A stretch of DNA of 32,000 nucleotides from Candidatus Poriferisodalis sp. (lineage in GTDB: Bacteria; Actinomycetota; Acidimicrobiia; Acidimicrobiales; Poriferisodalaceae), in contig NZ_OZ242342.1 of the NCBI RefSeq assembly GCF_965208555.1, forward strand, positions 2,253,544-2,285,543, read 5' to 3'. This document shows, piece after piece, positions 1-10,287 of the stretch. Position numbers and translations under genes: made by a program. The notes under the pieces are model-generated. The model worked only from the letters and a program-made list of their open reading frames with translations. It was not told where the DNA came from and searched no databases. The stretch's first letter is position 1; each line of letters begins with the position of its first letter.

Positions 1-576
1 ATGCAATTGTCTGAGCCGCTGGCCGACATCTCAAATCAAATAGTTGGCTACTACGACCGACAATTGGTACCTCCATTCATCGTGTACCAATATCCGCCAT
101 CGGATGAATACTTAGTTCGCCAAGAGCTGTTAGTGCTGACACGATGGCTCAAGGCTAAGCATGATATCGGCAGTCGGACGGTTTCACTGGCGGAGATATT
201 CTGGGAATCACTGACTGAACATGGCCGACTGCAAATGGTTGTCGAAGCAGAACAAGCGGGAAACTATGCCGACGCGCAGCTGGCTGTGCGCCAGATCTTG
301 GCTACTGCCCCTACACTCTCTGATCGCATTGTAGCGAAAATTGCAATTCCTCAAGACGAACGTGAAGCTGTCTTCTTGTACCGTGCTGGGGCATTGTATC
401 CAGCACACCGCACTAGCTCTTTGCTCGACGCTTTGAAAGATAAAATTGATCGACCGGTTACCATGCTCTACCCAGGCCGATTAGTCGGAGACTACGGCCT
501 GAGATTCATGGGCAAAACCGAACCGGCCTATGGATACCGGGCACTCATAGTTTCTCGTGAAGGAAAGCGCCAATGA
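1..576 (+). CDS. brxB: BREX protein BrxB (DUF1788 family)
   Basis: The ORF starts at base 1, so 5' completeness cannot be verified. It is ~190 aa. Segments PFIVYQYPPSDEY, FLYRAGALYP and TMLYPG fit my recollection of DUF1788/BrxB. It has an ATGA stop/start overlap with brxC and sits directly upstream of brxC, as in type 1 BREX. Confidence 0.7.
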   Translation: MQLSEPLADISNQIVGYYDRQLVPPFIVYQYPPSDEYLVRQELLVLTRWLKAKHDIGSRTVSLAEIFWESLTEHGRLQMVVEAEQAGNYADAQLAVRQILATAPTLSDRIVAKIAIPQDEREAVFLYRAGALYPAHRTSSLLDALKDKIDRPVTMLYPGRLVGDYGLRFMGKTEPAYGYRALIVSREGKRQ

Positions 577-3500
577 ACATAGGGCAGTTGTTTAGCCGTG
601 AGATCGACAGAGATATCAAGGAGGTAATCAAGGTTGATGATCATGATGCGGTGCTTGACGAGGTAGAGGAATACGTACTCACTAGCCACATCGCGTCGCA
701 AATGGTCGGAGCTCTCGAGTCCTTTCAGAGCACAATCAATAGTCCGAGCGAGGAGATCAACATTTGGATTAGTGGCTTCTTCGGTTCAGGCAAGTCATCA
801 TTCGCCAAGATACTAGGGTACCTGCTGGCCAATCCTCAGATTGATGGAAAGCCAGTTGCCAACCGATTCTTCGAGCTCCACGAGGTTCCGCCAGCCAAGG
901 CCCTCTTGAATACAATCTACGCAGCGGCGCCGACTGAGACCGTGCTGCTTGATCTCAACACTTCTCCCAACGTGCTTGAGGAGGGTGAGCCAGTCGTATT
1001 GCCCATATATCGCACTCTGCTACAGGCGCTTGGCTACAGCCGAGATCCGGTTCTCGCGGAACTTGAGTTCGAACTTGAAGGAAGAAACGATTACATTGGG
1101 TTCAGCGTTAAATATGAAGAGGTATTCGCTACAGAGTGGGTCGACCAGCGGGACTTTATTACGGCCAAGAACCGGGCTAGTCGTGTACTTCATGAGCTTG
1201 ATGACGCAACCTTTCCAGCGGCAGACTCATGGTCTAACGCGGCTAGCTTGCCTGCGGTTACTGCAAAATGGTTTGCCAATCGGGCTCTGGAATTGCTCCG
1301 GAGGCGGCGTCCTGGCAAAGAGCGACTGGTTCTGGTCGTAGATGAAGTCGGGCAGTACGTTTCTCGTTCTACCGACCGTATGCGTCACCTACAAGGTCTC
1401 GCGGAGGAATGCCAGAAGACAAAGGGTCGGCTTTGGCTAGTTGCTACATCGCAAGAAAAACTGACAGATGTTGTCGACAGCCTGGAAGGCAAGCAGACTG
1501 AACTGGCTAAGGCACAAGATCGCTTCCCTGTTCGAGTCGATCTGCTGCCATCGGACATCGACGAGGTCACTGGTAAACGAGTCCTCAACAAGACCGCGGC
1601 TGGCGCCGCGCGTGTTCGAGAATTGCTTGATGTGGATCGAAACAAGCTCGTGACGTCAGTTTCTCCACAATCTGACCGACATGGACCGTTCGCCGATGAG
1701 GACTTTGTGCGGCTCTATCCTCTCGTTCCTTATCAGCTTCACGTACTCATTGATGCTGTATCGGCTCGACGCGCGGAGGGTGGTGCGCCGCAAACCATGG
1801 GCGGATCTAATCGGACATTGATTCGCCATGCGCAACAGCTGATCAGTAATCAATCGGTGGGCCTTGCACCGATGCCAGTCGGCGCTCTCGTCACTCTGGA
1901 TCGGTCCTATATGCTGCTCGAGGATGTCATCCCCACAGCTTGGAGGCACGAGGTCGATCAAGTTGCGGCTAAGCACGGAGATGAGAGTCTCGAGGTGAAG
2001 ATCATGCGAGTAGTGGCGCTGTGCGCGGATGTGCCGGGCCTCGCGCTGACGACTCGAAACCTCGCAGTTGCCCTTCACCCGTCTATATCGGGGGATCCAA
2101 TTGAGGATGCTATCAGCGTGGCACTCGACAATCTGGTTGCTGAGGATCGTGTTCGCGAAACAGACGACGGTTACCGTTTGCAAAGTCCAGAGCAGAAAGA
2201 TTGGGAGAACACCAGGCGCGGCATCGAAATGAAGCCTGGAGACGCAGTGCGTTTGCGGCGGCACATTCTTGAGGACGCGCTAGGTACATTAACTGTGACG
2301 AAGAGGCGCTCCTTCAAGATTGAGCTGTTCGCAGAACGTGAGAAGGTGAGTGACGGTGATATCACGTTAGATGTGCGCGATCAGACCTCCATCGAAGATA
2401 TTCGTCAAACATCGCGCTTGGAGGATGCAAAGAATCGAATTTTCTGGTCCTTCAGCACTGAGGATGACACTTGGGAGGCGCTGGCCGAGTGTTATCGCAG
2501 CAACCAGATGATCGATCGCTATGACAACGTCGGTCAGTCCGATGTGCAACGTGTGCTTCTGGCCGAGGAGCGCAAGCGTCGTGACCGGGTACTCAGGACC
2601 GCTGAACAGCTCGTCGCTCGCGACGCCACTAACGGCACGACGATCTTTCGAGGAGTCTCGAGCGAGGCTCCCTCGGGTGAGCTTCGGGCTGCCGCAGGCC
2701 GGTTGATCAGCGGTTTGCTCGACGACATCTACCCCAGCATTCGTACATTCGCAGGCTCGATCAGGCGAGCCGAGGTGCTTCAAGTTCTCGAGGCCGACAG
2801 CCTTGATGGATTCGCCGATCAGCTCGGGCCCGAAGGACTTGGCCTCTTCAAGCTCACGGCGACAGGCAGACAGATGGTCACTGACGGCGGTCCAGTTGCG
2901 GCAGTCGTGACGCACATTCAGGCGCGCAATCAGTATGGCGAGGATCAGAACGGCGCACAGATTGAACGATTCTTCGGGGCGCCGCCGTTCGGTGCTCCGG
3001 TCGAATCAGTGCAGGCGGCCTTGGCAGCTGCAATGCGCGCTGGACTGATCGAGGTCGTTTCTCAGGCGGCTCGCATCACCTCGTTCACGGATCAGCGCCT
3101 CGGGCAGGTATTCGGAAGCATCACAAAATTCCGCGCCGCTTCGTTCAAACCGGCAGAGGAATCAGGGCCGTCGACCGAAGTACGCGGGGCCGTGAGCGAA
3201 TGGCTTGGAGGTATCACCGGCGAGGTCCTGTCGCTGGATCTCCACGAGCTAGCGGACGCTGGTCGCAACTCGTTTGCCGACTACCGCCAGCCCTGTACCG
3301 AGGCTCGCTCGACACTGGCTGGTGCGGGTCTGACCGTTCCTCAGTCGCTTGTCGACATGGACGAGCTCTTGGCACGCGTCACGAGTGCCGATGATGAGCT
3401 CGTTGTGACGACGCTGTTCGAGCGGCAGGCGGACCTGGATGCAGGGCGGGATTCGATTTCTGAGCTAGCGGCGGTTGTCGACGACCAGCTTGGGACTTTG

Positions 3501-4028
3501 CGTGCCGCAAAGAGTGCGAGGGAAATCGCAATACTGCTTGCCGATGGAGCCGGCTCAACTTGGGCTACTGAACTCGGAGAACTGCTCGATCGGGCTCAGT
3601 ACTCCGACGACCTAGCGCAGCTGAGGTCTTTGACTGCAAGTGTCGAACTGGCCGCGGAGCAGGAACGGATCGAGTTCCGGGCACGCGTGACTTCGCAAGT
3701 CGAGGACGCCTTGGAGAACCTGCGATCTCGCTACCCCCGGGTCGACGACAGCGCATTCGAAGATGCCACGGAACCGCTGCGCGGGCTCACAACCAGCAAT
3801 GATCTATCTCTCTTGCGTGCCAGCGCAGACGCCGTGCCCGGAATCGTCCTCAGGGTCGCAGAATTACTCGATGCTCTGTCCACGACCAAAGAAGTCCGTC
3901 ATATTCGCGTAAGCGACGTGTGGGGCGGCCCGATCACGTCACTTGACGACGTCGATACGGCTCTCGAACGTCTCCGCGAGGCTCTGCTCGCGCAACTCGA
4001 CGACAACACTGAAGTGCGACTCCGATGA
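573..4028 (+). CDS. brxC: BREX P-loop ATPase BrxC/PglY
   Basis: This is a 1151-aa ORF. The N-terminus MNIGQLFSREIDRDIKEVIKVDD and the P-loop ISGFFGSGKSSFAKILGYLL (nt ~770-800) are hallmark BrxC features. Its size and its position between brxB and pglX also fit. Confidence 0.9.
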   Translation: MNIGQLFSREIDRDIKEVIKVDDHDAVLDEVEEYVLTSHIASQMVGALESFQSTINSPSEEINIWISGFFGSGKSSFAKILGYLLANPQIDGKPVANRFFELHEVPPAKALLNTIYAAAPTETVLLDLNTSPNVLEEGEPVVLPIYRTLLQALGYSRDPVLAELEFELEGRNDYIGFSVKYEEVFATEWVDQRDFITAKNRASRVLHELDDATFPAADSWSNAASLPAVTAKWFANRALELLRRRRPGKERLVLVVDEVGQYVSRSTDRMRHLQGLAEECQKTKGRLWLVATSQEKLTDVVDSLEGKQTELAKAQDRFPVRVDLLPSDIDEVTGKRVLNKTAAGAARVRELLDVDRNKLVTSVSPQSDRHGPFADEDFVRLYPLVPYQLHVLIDAVSARRAEGGAPQTMGGSNRTLIRHAQQLISNQSVGLAPMPVGALVTLDRSYMLLEDVIPTAWRHEVDQVAAKHGDESLEVKIMRVVALCADVPGLALTTRNLAVALHPSISGDPIEDAISVALDNLVAEDRVRETDDGYRLQSPEQKDWENTRRGIEMKPGDAVRLRRHILEDALGTLTVTKRRSFKIELFAEREKVSDGDITLDVRDQTSIEDIRQTSRLEDAKNRIFWSFSTEDDTWEALAECYRSNQMIDRYDNVGQSDVQRVLLAEERKRRDRVLRTAEQLVARDATNGTTIFRGVSSEAPSGELRAAAGRLISGLLDDIYPSIRTFAGSIRRAEVLQVLEADSLDGFADQLGPEGLGLFKLTATGRQMVTDGGPVAAVVTHIQARNQYGEDQNGAQIERFFGAPPFGAPVESVQAALAAAMRAGLIEVVSQAARITSFTDQRLGQVFGSITKFRAASFKPAEESGPSTEVRGAVSEWLGGITGEVLSLDLHELADAGRNSFADYRQPCTEARSTLAGAGLTVPQSLVDMDELLARVTSADDELVVTTLFERQADLDAGRDSISELAAVVDDQLGTLRAAKSAREIAILLADGAGSTWATELGELLDRAQYSDDLAQLRSLTASVELAAEQERIEFRARVTSQVEDALENLRSRYPRVDDSAFEDATEPLRGLTTSNDLSLLRASADAVPGIVLRVAELLDALSTTKEVRHIRVSDVWGGPITSLDDVDTALERLREALLAQLDDNTEVRLR

Positions 4029-7000
4029 GCACAGCTCTCGCGGCTGACCAACGATCAGAGCTTGAGCAACTGATCCAGGACACCCGCGGCTGGCTGGAGG
4101 ACGATCTCAGCGAGAGTCTCGAAGGCAGATTCGGGATCCGACGTGACGGCCGCATCGAGTCCACGGAACGTCTCTCTTTGTCGAATTCGGATTCTCTTGT
4201 TCGGGCCAACCTTGTCGACATCGTGGAGTACTTGCGTTCGGAGGGCGCCGGTCGGGCGGAATCGGTTTCGCGCCTCATTCGAGAGGCGGCGTTTACCCAC
4301 ATCAATCGGATGGTGGCAGTGCGCGTTGCCGAAGCGGTCGGATTGCTCCCGGAGACCATAGCCAAGGGGCTTGCGTCATCTGGCTTCCGCGATTTCTCCG
4401 AACTCGCGCCTACGGTTGCGGTTACCGAATGGGGTCGGTTCAGCGAGTTTGTCCGGCTCTGCGCAGATGAACTTGCGACGGACGTGCCCGCGCTGTTCGA
4501 TCCGCGCAACCCTCTCATCGAACTCATGATGTCGGAGGCTGTGCTCGCCAGAGTTGTCGAGGCCTTCATTGACCTCGACGACATCATTTGGGCGGCTCCT
4601 GACACTCTGGGATGGACCTACCAGTACTTCAACACCGGAGCAGAGCGACGTGAGATGCGTGAGTCTTCTGCACCGCAGGACTCCCGCGAGCTCGCAGTCA
4701 GGAATCAGTTCTTTACGCCGAGCTACGTAGTCGATTTCCTGGTCCACAATGGCTTGGGCGCCTACCTCGCGAGCGGTCTTCCGGGCCTCGTTGAAGATCT
4801 CCCGTTGCTCGTCGATGCGCCGGTTGATCCGGCCGTGATCGACCTGAGTGCTGTCAACGTGCTGGATCCTGCTTGCGGGTCGGGCCATTTCTTGCTAGGC
4901 GCCTACGATGTCCTAGAAAGAGCTTGGCAGCACGTCGGTGTTGAGCCGGGCGCCGCTGCGCCGGAAATCTTGGCGTCGCTCTGGGGCATCGACATCGACC
5001 CGCGGGCAACACAGATCGCACAGGCAGCGATCATGTTCCGAGCTCGCCGACATTGCCGTGATGGTTCACTGCCGCCGGCAAACATCATCTGTGCACGATC
5101 GCTGCCGAGCGGACCAGCAGTGGAGGCGCTCATCGACGCGCTTCCCGCGCATGTGGCTCGGGTGGTGCGGTCAATCGGTACCGAGCTGAGCGACGCACCG
5201 GTACTGGGCTCCCTGCTGAGGATTGAGGAGCGGTTGACCCAGGAAGTACGGGACGTCTTTGGCGCAGGCGTCGTCGAGGGCACGTTGTCTGAAGTGGTGG
5301 TCTCAGGGGCCGACGACGTCGAAGCAGCTGTGCTCGCAGCGTTGAGCGAGATCGCAGGTTCGACCACCGCCGGTGCTGCGCAGCGGTTGTTCGCTGCCGA
5401 GGCCAGCGATGCAGTCAAGTTCGTGGAGGCGATGGCGCGCCGCTATACGGCCGTGCTGATGAATCCTCCCTTCGGTGAGCCGGTCCCCTCCACCAAGGAT
5501 TACCTCAAGTCGGCGTACCCATGGATTCCCGGCAAGGACTACAACCTTCTAGCGGCGTTCGTTGGGCGGGGCATCGAGCTAGCGGAGCCTGGGATCGGCA
5601 CATGCGGGGCAATTACCTCCCGCGCAGGACTGTTTCTCAAGACTTACGAGGCCTGGCGAAACGAGGTGTTGCTCGCGCACAAGCTCATAGCGACGGCCGA
5701 CCTTGGATACGGCGTGATGGACCAGGCTCTCGTTGAAGCTGCTGCGTACGTCCTGCGAAACGACCGGCCGGGTGGACGTAGCACGTTCATCCGACTGCTC
5801 AAGGATGCGGACCGCCCACGCGCGATGCAAGAAGAGATAGACGACGTTCGAAGGATCGGTGAAGGGGATCGAACCTTTCGAATAGCGCTCGACGATCTGC
5901 GAGGGATCCCCGGGTCACCGGTCGCGTACTGGATGGACGAGTCGGTTCGGCGCCTCTTTCGTGAGTTGCCCGCGCTCGAGGGTTCGGGAGCTTACGCAAG
6001 GCAGGGCTTAGCAACGGGCGACGACTTCCGATTTGTCAGAGCCTTTTGGGAGGTGGATCCTGAGCGAATTGGCAATTCGGTCTCTGACACTAAGCGTGGA
6101 CACCGTTGGGTTCCGTTCGCCAAGGGCGGCGAGTACAGCCCATTTTGGGCCGACATTCACTTAGTAGTTGATTGGTTGAACGATGGCGAGGTGATTCGAG
6201 GGCACGACAAGTCGCGCGCGCAGAACACGCAGTTCTATTTCCGACCTGGCCTCACTTGGCCTCGGCGCACCAATTCTGGTCTAGGCATGAGAGTCTTACC
6301 GAGCGGGACTGTATTCGCCGATAAGGGATCAGCAGTCTTTGCCGTAGACGATCTCTTCAGCGTCCTTGGGTGGCTGCGTGGCCGACTCGCTCAAGCGATG
6401 ATCGACGCGATGGTGTCGGCGGGTGAGGAGGTGTCATCCGGCGGCGCGTCACGGAGCTACGAGGTCGGCCTCGTGCAGAAACTCGCTTGGGTTCACATTC
6501 CCGAACTGAACCCAGTAGCAGCCCGTCTCGCGAGCAGAAGAGCTTGGCAAGACGATTCTGACGAGACGACGCGTCGGTTCGTCCGGCCGAAGGGCTTCGT
6601 CACGACGGACTTATCGAATCACCTTGAGCAGTTGGCGGACGGTCAAGAATTGGACGAGCTCGTGATCCGTCATGCCGGGATCGACGATGGTGGTCGGGCG
6701 TATCTCGATGAGGAAATCGGTCCGTTTCCACTCTCTTACCCAGAGACTGACAGTCTTGATGATCGCATCGCCGATCTATACCAGAGGCCAATCAAGGAGA
6801 TCATTGATGAACTCATCCAAGAGAGAGGCGGCTCGAGAGCGATAGCGAATCTGACTTTCGTCGCAGACCGTCGACTCGAAGTGATTTCCCACGGACTCGA
6901 AGTCAATCCGAGGACGATTGTACGAGTGATTAAGGAACGCGGGCTCACTGTGCCAGGCGAATCCGAGGACCAGGCGTTCCGACTCGTCTCGTACCTTGTT

Positions 7001-7804
7001 GGACTCGCCTTTGGACGCTGGGATGTGAGAATCGGACGCGACGCGGGGTTGGCGACGGTGGCGTCAGATCTCCAGTCGCCGCCGGCCCGCTACGCACCCG
7101 GCACATTGCTGACGCCCGACGGCCGCGCTGCGGCTTCGACTCTGCGCGACTATCCGATCGAGTTTCCAGCAGACGGCGTCTTGGTTGACCAACCCGGCCA
7201 TGAACGAGATGTCACCGCAGCGGTTGAGCAAGCTGGGGTTGCGCTGAGCGACTCCGATGAGGCGCTCGACGCCGCCCTTGGCGCGCTCATGCGCCGGCCC
7301 TCGCTGTCAGTGTTTCTGCGAAACCAGTTCTTCCGACGACATCTCAACATGTACACGATGAGTCGACGCAAGGCTCCTATCTACTGGCAGCTCCAGGTGC
7401 CCTCGAAGCGATGGGGCCTTTGGCTGTACGCGCCCAAGTTGTGCCGCGAAATGCTGTTTGCGGTGGTTCACGAAGCCGACCAGCGGCGACGGTTGGCTGA
7501 TCAGCAAATGAGGCAATTGCAGCGCGAAGAGGCGGCAGGCAACAGTGGCCGTCGAGCAAGCGAGATCGCCACCGATCTTGCATTAGAGCACGAATTGGCC
7601 GTCGAGCTTGAGGCGTTCCTCGCGGCAGCCGAACGGGTTGCCAACCTTGGCTGGCAACCGAACCTTGATGACGGCATCGTTCTCAACGCTGCACCGCTGG
7701 CCGACTTGTTTCCTGCGTGGAGAGAGGCTGCCATGTTCCGCACGAAGTTGCGAAACGGACACCACCGGTGGGCAGCCGTGGCCGAATACGCGGATCAGCT
7801 GTGA
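4025..7804 (+). CDS. pglX: BREX N6-adenine DNA methyltransferase PglX
   Basis: This is a 1259-aa ORF. It has SAM-binding motif I, VLDPACGSGHFLLGAYD (nt ~4860-4905), and catalytic motif IV, MNPPFGEP (nt ~5460-5480). It has an ATGA overlap with the brxC stop, and its size and position are typical of PglX. Confidence 0.9.
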   Translation: MSTALAADQRSELEQLIQDTRGWLEDDLSESLEGRFGIRRDGRIESTERLSLSNSDSLVRANLVDIVEYLRSEGAGRAESVSRLIREAAFTHINRMVAVRVAEAVGLLPETIAKGLASSGFRDFSELAPTVAVTEWGRFSEFVRLCADELATDVPALFDPRNPLIELMMSEAVLARVVEAFIDLDDIIWAAPDTLGWTYQYFNTGAERREMRESSAPQDSRELAVRNQFFTPSYVVDFLVHNGLGAYLASGLPGLVEDLPLLVDAPVDPAVIDLSAVNVLDPACGSGHFLLGAYDVLERAWQHVGVEPGAAAPEILASLWGIDIDPRATQIAQAAIMFRARRHCRDGSLPPANIICARSLPSGPAVEALIDALPAHVARVVRSIGTELSDAPVLGSLLRIEERLTQEVRDVFGAGVVEGTLSEVVVSGADDVEAAVLAALSEIAGSTTAGAAQRLFAAEASDAVKFVEAMARRYTAVLMNPPFGEPVPSTKDYLKSAYPWIPGKDYNLLAAFVGRGIELAEPGIGTCGAITSRAGLFLKTYEAWRNEVLLAHKLIATADLGYGVMDQALVEAAAYVLRNDRPGGRSTFIRLLKDADRPRAMQEEIDDVRRIGEGDRTFRIALDDLRGIPGSPVAYWMDESVRRLFRELPALEGSGAYARQGLATGDDFRFVRAFWEVDPERIGNSVSDTKRGHRWVPFAKGGEYSPFWADIHLVVDWLNDGEVIRGHDKSRAQNTQFYFRPGLTWPRRTNSGLGMRVLPSGTVFADKGSAVFAVDDLFSVLGWLRGRLAQAMIDAMVSAGEEVSSGGASRSYEVGLVQKLAWVHIPELNPVAARLASRRAWQDDSDETTRRFVRPKGFVTTDLSNHLEQLADGQELDELVIRHAGIDDGGRAYLDEEIGPFPLSYPETDSLDDRIADLYQRPIKEIIDELIQERGGSRAIANLTFVADRRLEVISHGLEVNPRTIVRVIKERGLTVPGESEDQAFRLVSYLVGLAFGRWDVRIGRDAGLATVASDLQSPPARYAPGTLLTPDGRAAASTLRDYPIEFPADGVLVDQPGHERDVTAAVEQAGVALSDSDEALDAALGALMRRPSLSVFLRNQFFRRHLNMYTMSRRKAPIYWQLQVPSKRWGLWLYAPKLCREMLFAVVHEADQRRRLADQQMRQLQREEAAGNSGRRASEIATDLALEHELAVELEAFLAAAERVANLGWQPNLDDGIVLNAAPLADLFPAWREAAMFRTKLRNGHHRWAAVAEYADQL

Positions 7805-10287
7805 CTGAACTACGCGAACAGCTGAGGGCCGATCTGGCGGCGCACGTAGAGCAGCGTGGCGTTGTTGTCTGGGACGACCCTGAAGCTGCATACGCAGGAG
7901 TCGCCGCTGACGTCGTGCCCGAAGGCACGGCACTGCAGGAGTTCAGCGGCAGTTGGCTGGAGCTCCGACATCGGCTGGAGCGCCACATGGCCGGGCAAGA
8001 GCCCCCTGCCTTGATTGTGTACGTACCGACCAAGCCCCCTGACCCAGACCCCCTTGAGGAGATACGTGCGGTTTGTAGGCCTTACCGCAGGAGATTGCCG
8101 ACCCTACTGAAGCACGCACTCAAGGGTCAGCTCACAGAGCAAAGGATCACTCAGATCGGCCGACAGTGCGCAACATTTGCGGACGCCGAAGCCGCACTCG
8201 ATGCTGGCGACAGGCAGGTTGACGCGCGATTGATCTCGGTTCTTGGCGAGACATCAACAGCGGCCCTGGCTGCCGCCCTGATTTGCGGCACGCATGAAGC
8301 AGCACTGGCTAGGCGGTCACTGGAGAGTGCCTGCCGCCAGTTGATCACCGAGGCAATCGGCGGAAGCTATGACAGTCTCGATGACTCCGAGTTCCGGGAT
8401 GCCGCTTTTCGGCAGGTTGTGCTTGGCCACCTTGCTGAGGCCGGTGTGGGTCTACCGCCCGACCTGAATGCCTCGGTTGCGACGACGACGCCGTTGCAGC
8501 GGAGGAACTGCGCGGACATCATCGAGATGCTCCAGGTTCGTATGGAGTTCCGAGCGGCCTACGTCGAGCTGGCTGAGATGGCCGACCAGCAACTTCATCT
8601 CGGGACACTGCTGACATGGGCTCACGAGCTCCGCACAGTGGATGCAACGCCTGCAATCGATCTGCTCGGCCTTGACGCCGCAATTCGAGCTCTCGAGGCT
8701 GGTGATGAGCAAGTTGCCGTCGAGCTCGCCAGCGACCGCTTGTCGATGAGCTGGTGGCTGAGATCTTCAGCGCCCGATGCAGTTTCGCTCGTCGTGAAGT
8801 TCCGCGCCGTCCGAGCGCTCGCACAACTTGGGATCTCCATCGCACGGCCTGTGCCGGCGCTTCGCTCCCTGTTGGATGTCCGCGATTGGTACCAGGACGA
8901 GGGCTGGCAGGTTGATTCTGGGTACCGCCAAAGTGAGTTGATTCGCGTCTCGTCAGGCATTGTTCTCGACGAGTTCGACGAGCTGTATCACAGCGCTCGT
9001 CGGCGCTACGAGGCATGGCTTGATCAGATTCTCCGTGACTCCGCGGATGCGTTGTCGGCGCCTGAGATCCCGACCAACGATCAACAGCGCTCGATCCACG
9101 CAAGCTTCTTGCGCGATCAAACCATGCGGACCGCGTATTTTCTCGTTGACGCTCTCCGATACGAACTCGGCATGGATCTCGTCGAACGATTGGGAGCCTT
9201 GAATGCTGATGTCGAGCACCGAGCAGTTGTGGCCACGCCCCCGACCATTACGCCGGTCGGAATGGCAGCCCTTCTGCCGAATGCCGATACTGAGTTCCTC
9301 GTCGAACTTGACGAAGGCGATCGGCTCGTGGTGTCCGTCGGTGGCAGCGTGGTCAAGTCGGCCAGAGATCGCGTTCGTCAGCTGGAGCACGCGCACGGTG
9401 CGATCACCGACTTACACCTCGATGATGTAGCACAGCTAACGAACCAAGAACTCAAGAAGGTGCTCGGCGACTCTTCACCGGTGCTAGTGCGCTCAACCGA
9501 AATCGATTCCGATGGTGAGTCCGACCAACTCGCTGCCAGTTGGGGCTCATTCGACTCGACACTGGGCGTGCTGCAAACGGCAGTCGCCAAGCTGTTTCAT
9601 GCAGGGGTTGAGAGGGTTGTGATTGCGTCTGACCATGGCTTTCTCGCCGTTAGGCAGCTCGGCGAGGAACGCCGGATCGACAAGCCATCGACTGGCGCCG
9701 GCGAGTCACATCGTCGCTCGTGGATCGGTCGCGGAGGCACGGCGTCTCAGTCGATGGTCAAGATCTCGCTTGCTGCCTTCGGCATCGCTGGAGGTCTCGA
9801 GATCATTACTCCCCGAGGACTCGGTGTGTTCGCAACCGGTGGGGGCCTCCAGTTCTTCCATGGGGGGCTATCGCCTCAGGAGCTCGTCATTCCGGTGATA
9901 GTTGCCACCGCCAGAGATGCTTCAGACGATCCGCAGTACAGGATCGACCTCGATGTTGCAGGTCAGCGAATCACGACCGGCGTCGTCGCTGTCACCTTAA
10001 TGATGACTGGCAACCTCTTCACCCGAGAGAGCCGGATTCGCCTGCAGCTTGTCCAGGATGACAACCGGGTTGGCGCGGTTGTTGGCGGCGACGGATTCGA
10101 CCCCGCGACCGAGACGATTGACGCCAGCGTCGACGCCGCACGTGTCATCACTGTGCAGGTGACGGCGAACCTCGTGGCCGGCTCGATCGCCACACTTGAG
10201 GTGAGCGACGCCGCAACCGGTGTTCGGCTTGAGACTCTGAATATTGCAGTCGGTGCGAATGTGATTGTGGAAGACAACCTTGACTGA
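7801..10287 (+). CDS. pglZ: BREX alkaline-phosphatase-superfamily protein PglZ
   Basis: The ORF-track start at 7717 overlaps pglX by 88 nt. I prefer the in-frame GTG at 7801, which gives a GTGA overlap with the pglX stop at 7802-7804. Motifs YFLVDALRYELG (nt ~9130-9170) and VIASDHGFL (nt ~9620-9650) are typical of the PglZ domain. Confidence 0.88.
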   Translation: MTELREQLRADLAAHVEQRGVVVWDDPEAAYAGVAADVVPEGTALQEFSGSWLELRHRLERHMAGQEPPALIVYVPTKPPDPDPLEEIRAVCRPYRRRLPTLLKHALKGQLTEQRITQIGRQCATFADAEAALDAGDRQVDARLISVLGETSTAALAAALICGTHEAALARRSLESACRQLITEAIGGSYDSLDDSEFRDAAFRQVVLGHLAEAGVGLPPDLNASVATTTPLQRRNCADIIEMLQVRMEFRAAYVELAEMADQQLHLGTLLTWAHELRTVDATPAIDLLGLDAAIRALEAGDEQVAVELASDRLSMSWWLRSSAPDAVSLVVKFRAVRALAQLGISIARPVPALRSLLDVRDWYQDEGWQVDSGYRQSELIRVSSGIVLDEFDELYHSARRRYEAWLDQILRDSADALSAPEIPTNDQQRSIHASFLRDQTMRTAYFLVDALRYELGMDLVERLGALNADVEHRAVVATPPTITPVGMAALLPNADTEFLVELDEGDRLVVSVGGSVVKSARDRVRQLEHAHGAITDLHLDDVAQLTNQELKKVLGDSSPVLVRSTEIDSDGESDQLAASWGSFDSTLGVLQTAVAKLFHAGVERVVIASDHGFLAVRQLGEERRIDKPSTGAGESHRRSWIGRGGTASQSMVKISLAAFGIAGGLEIITPRGLGVFATGGGLQFFHGGLSPQELVIPVIVATARDASDDPQYRIDLDVAGQRITTGVVAVTLMMTGNLFTRESRIRLQLVQDDNRVGAVVGGDGFDPATETIDASVDAARVITVQVTANLVAGSIATLEVSDAATGVRLETLNIAVGANVIVEDNLD

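Noticed and set aside
1656-2915. Minus-strand ORFs of 202 aa and 182 aa inside brxC, and the 223-aa minus ORF at 3934-4605.
   Set aside because: They have no motifs, SD or plausible promoters. The plus strand is an uninterrupted, well-supported brxC/pglX reading frame.
7717-7800. The upstream ATG start for pglZ given by the ORF track.
   Set aside because: It would overlap pglX by 88 nt and add an Arg/Gly-rich non-conserved leader. GTG at 7801 gives the same 4-nt coupling seen at the other BREX junctions. The call remains uncertain without N-terminal data.
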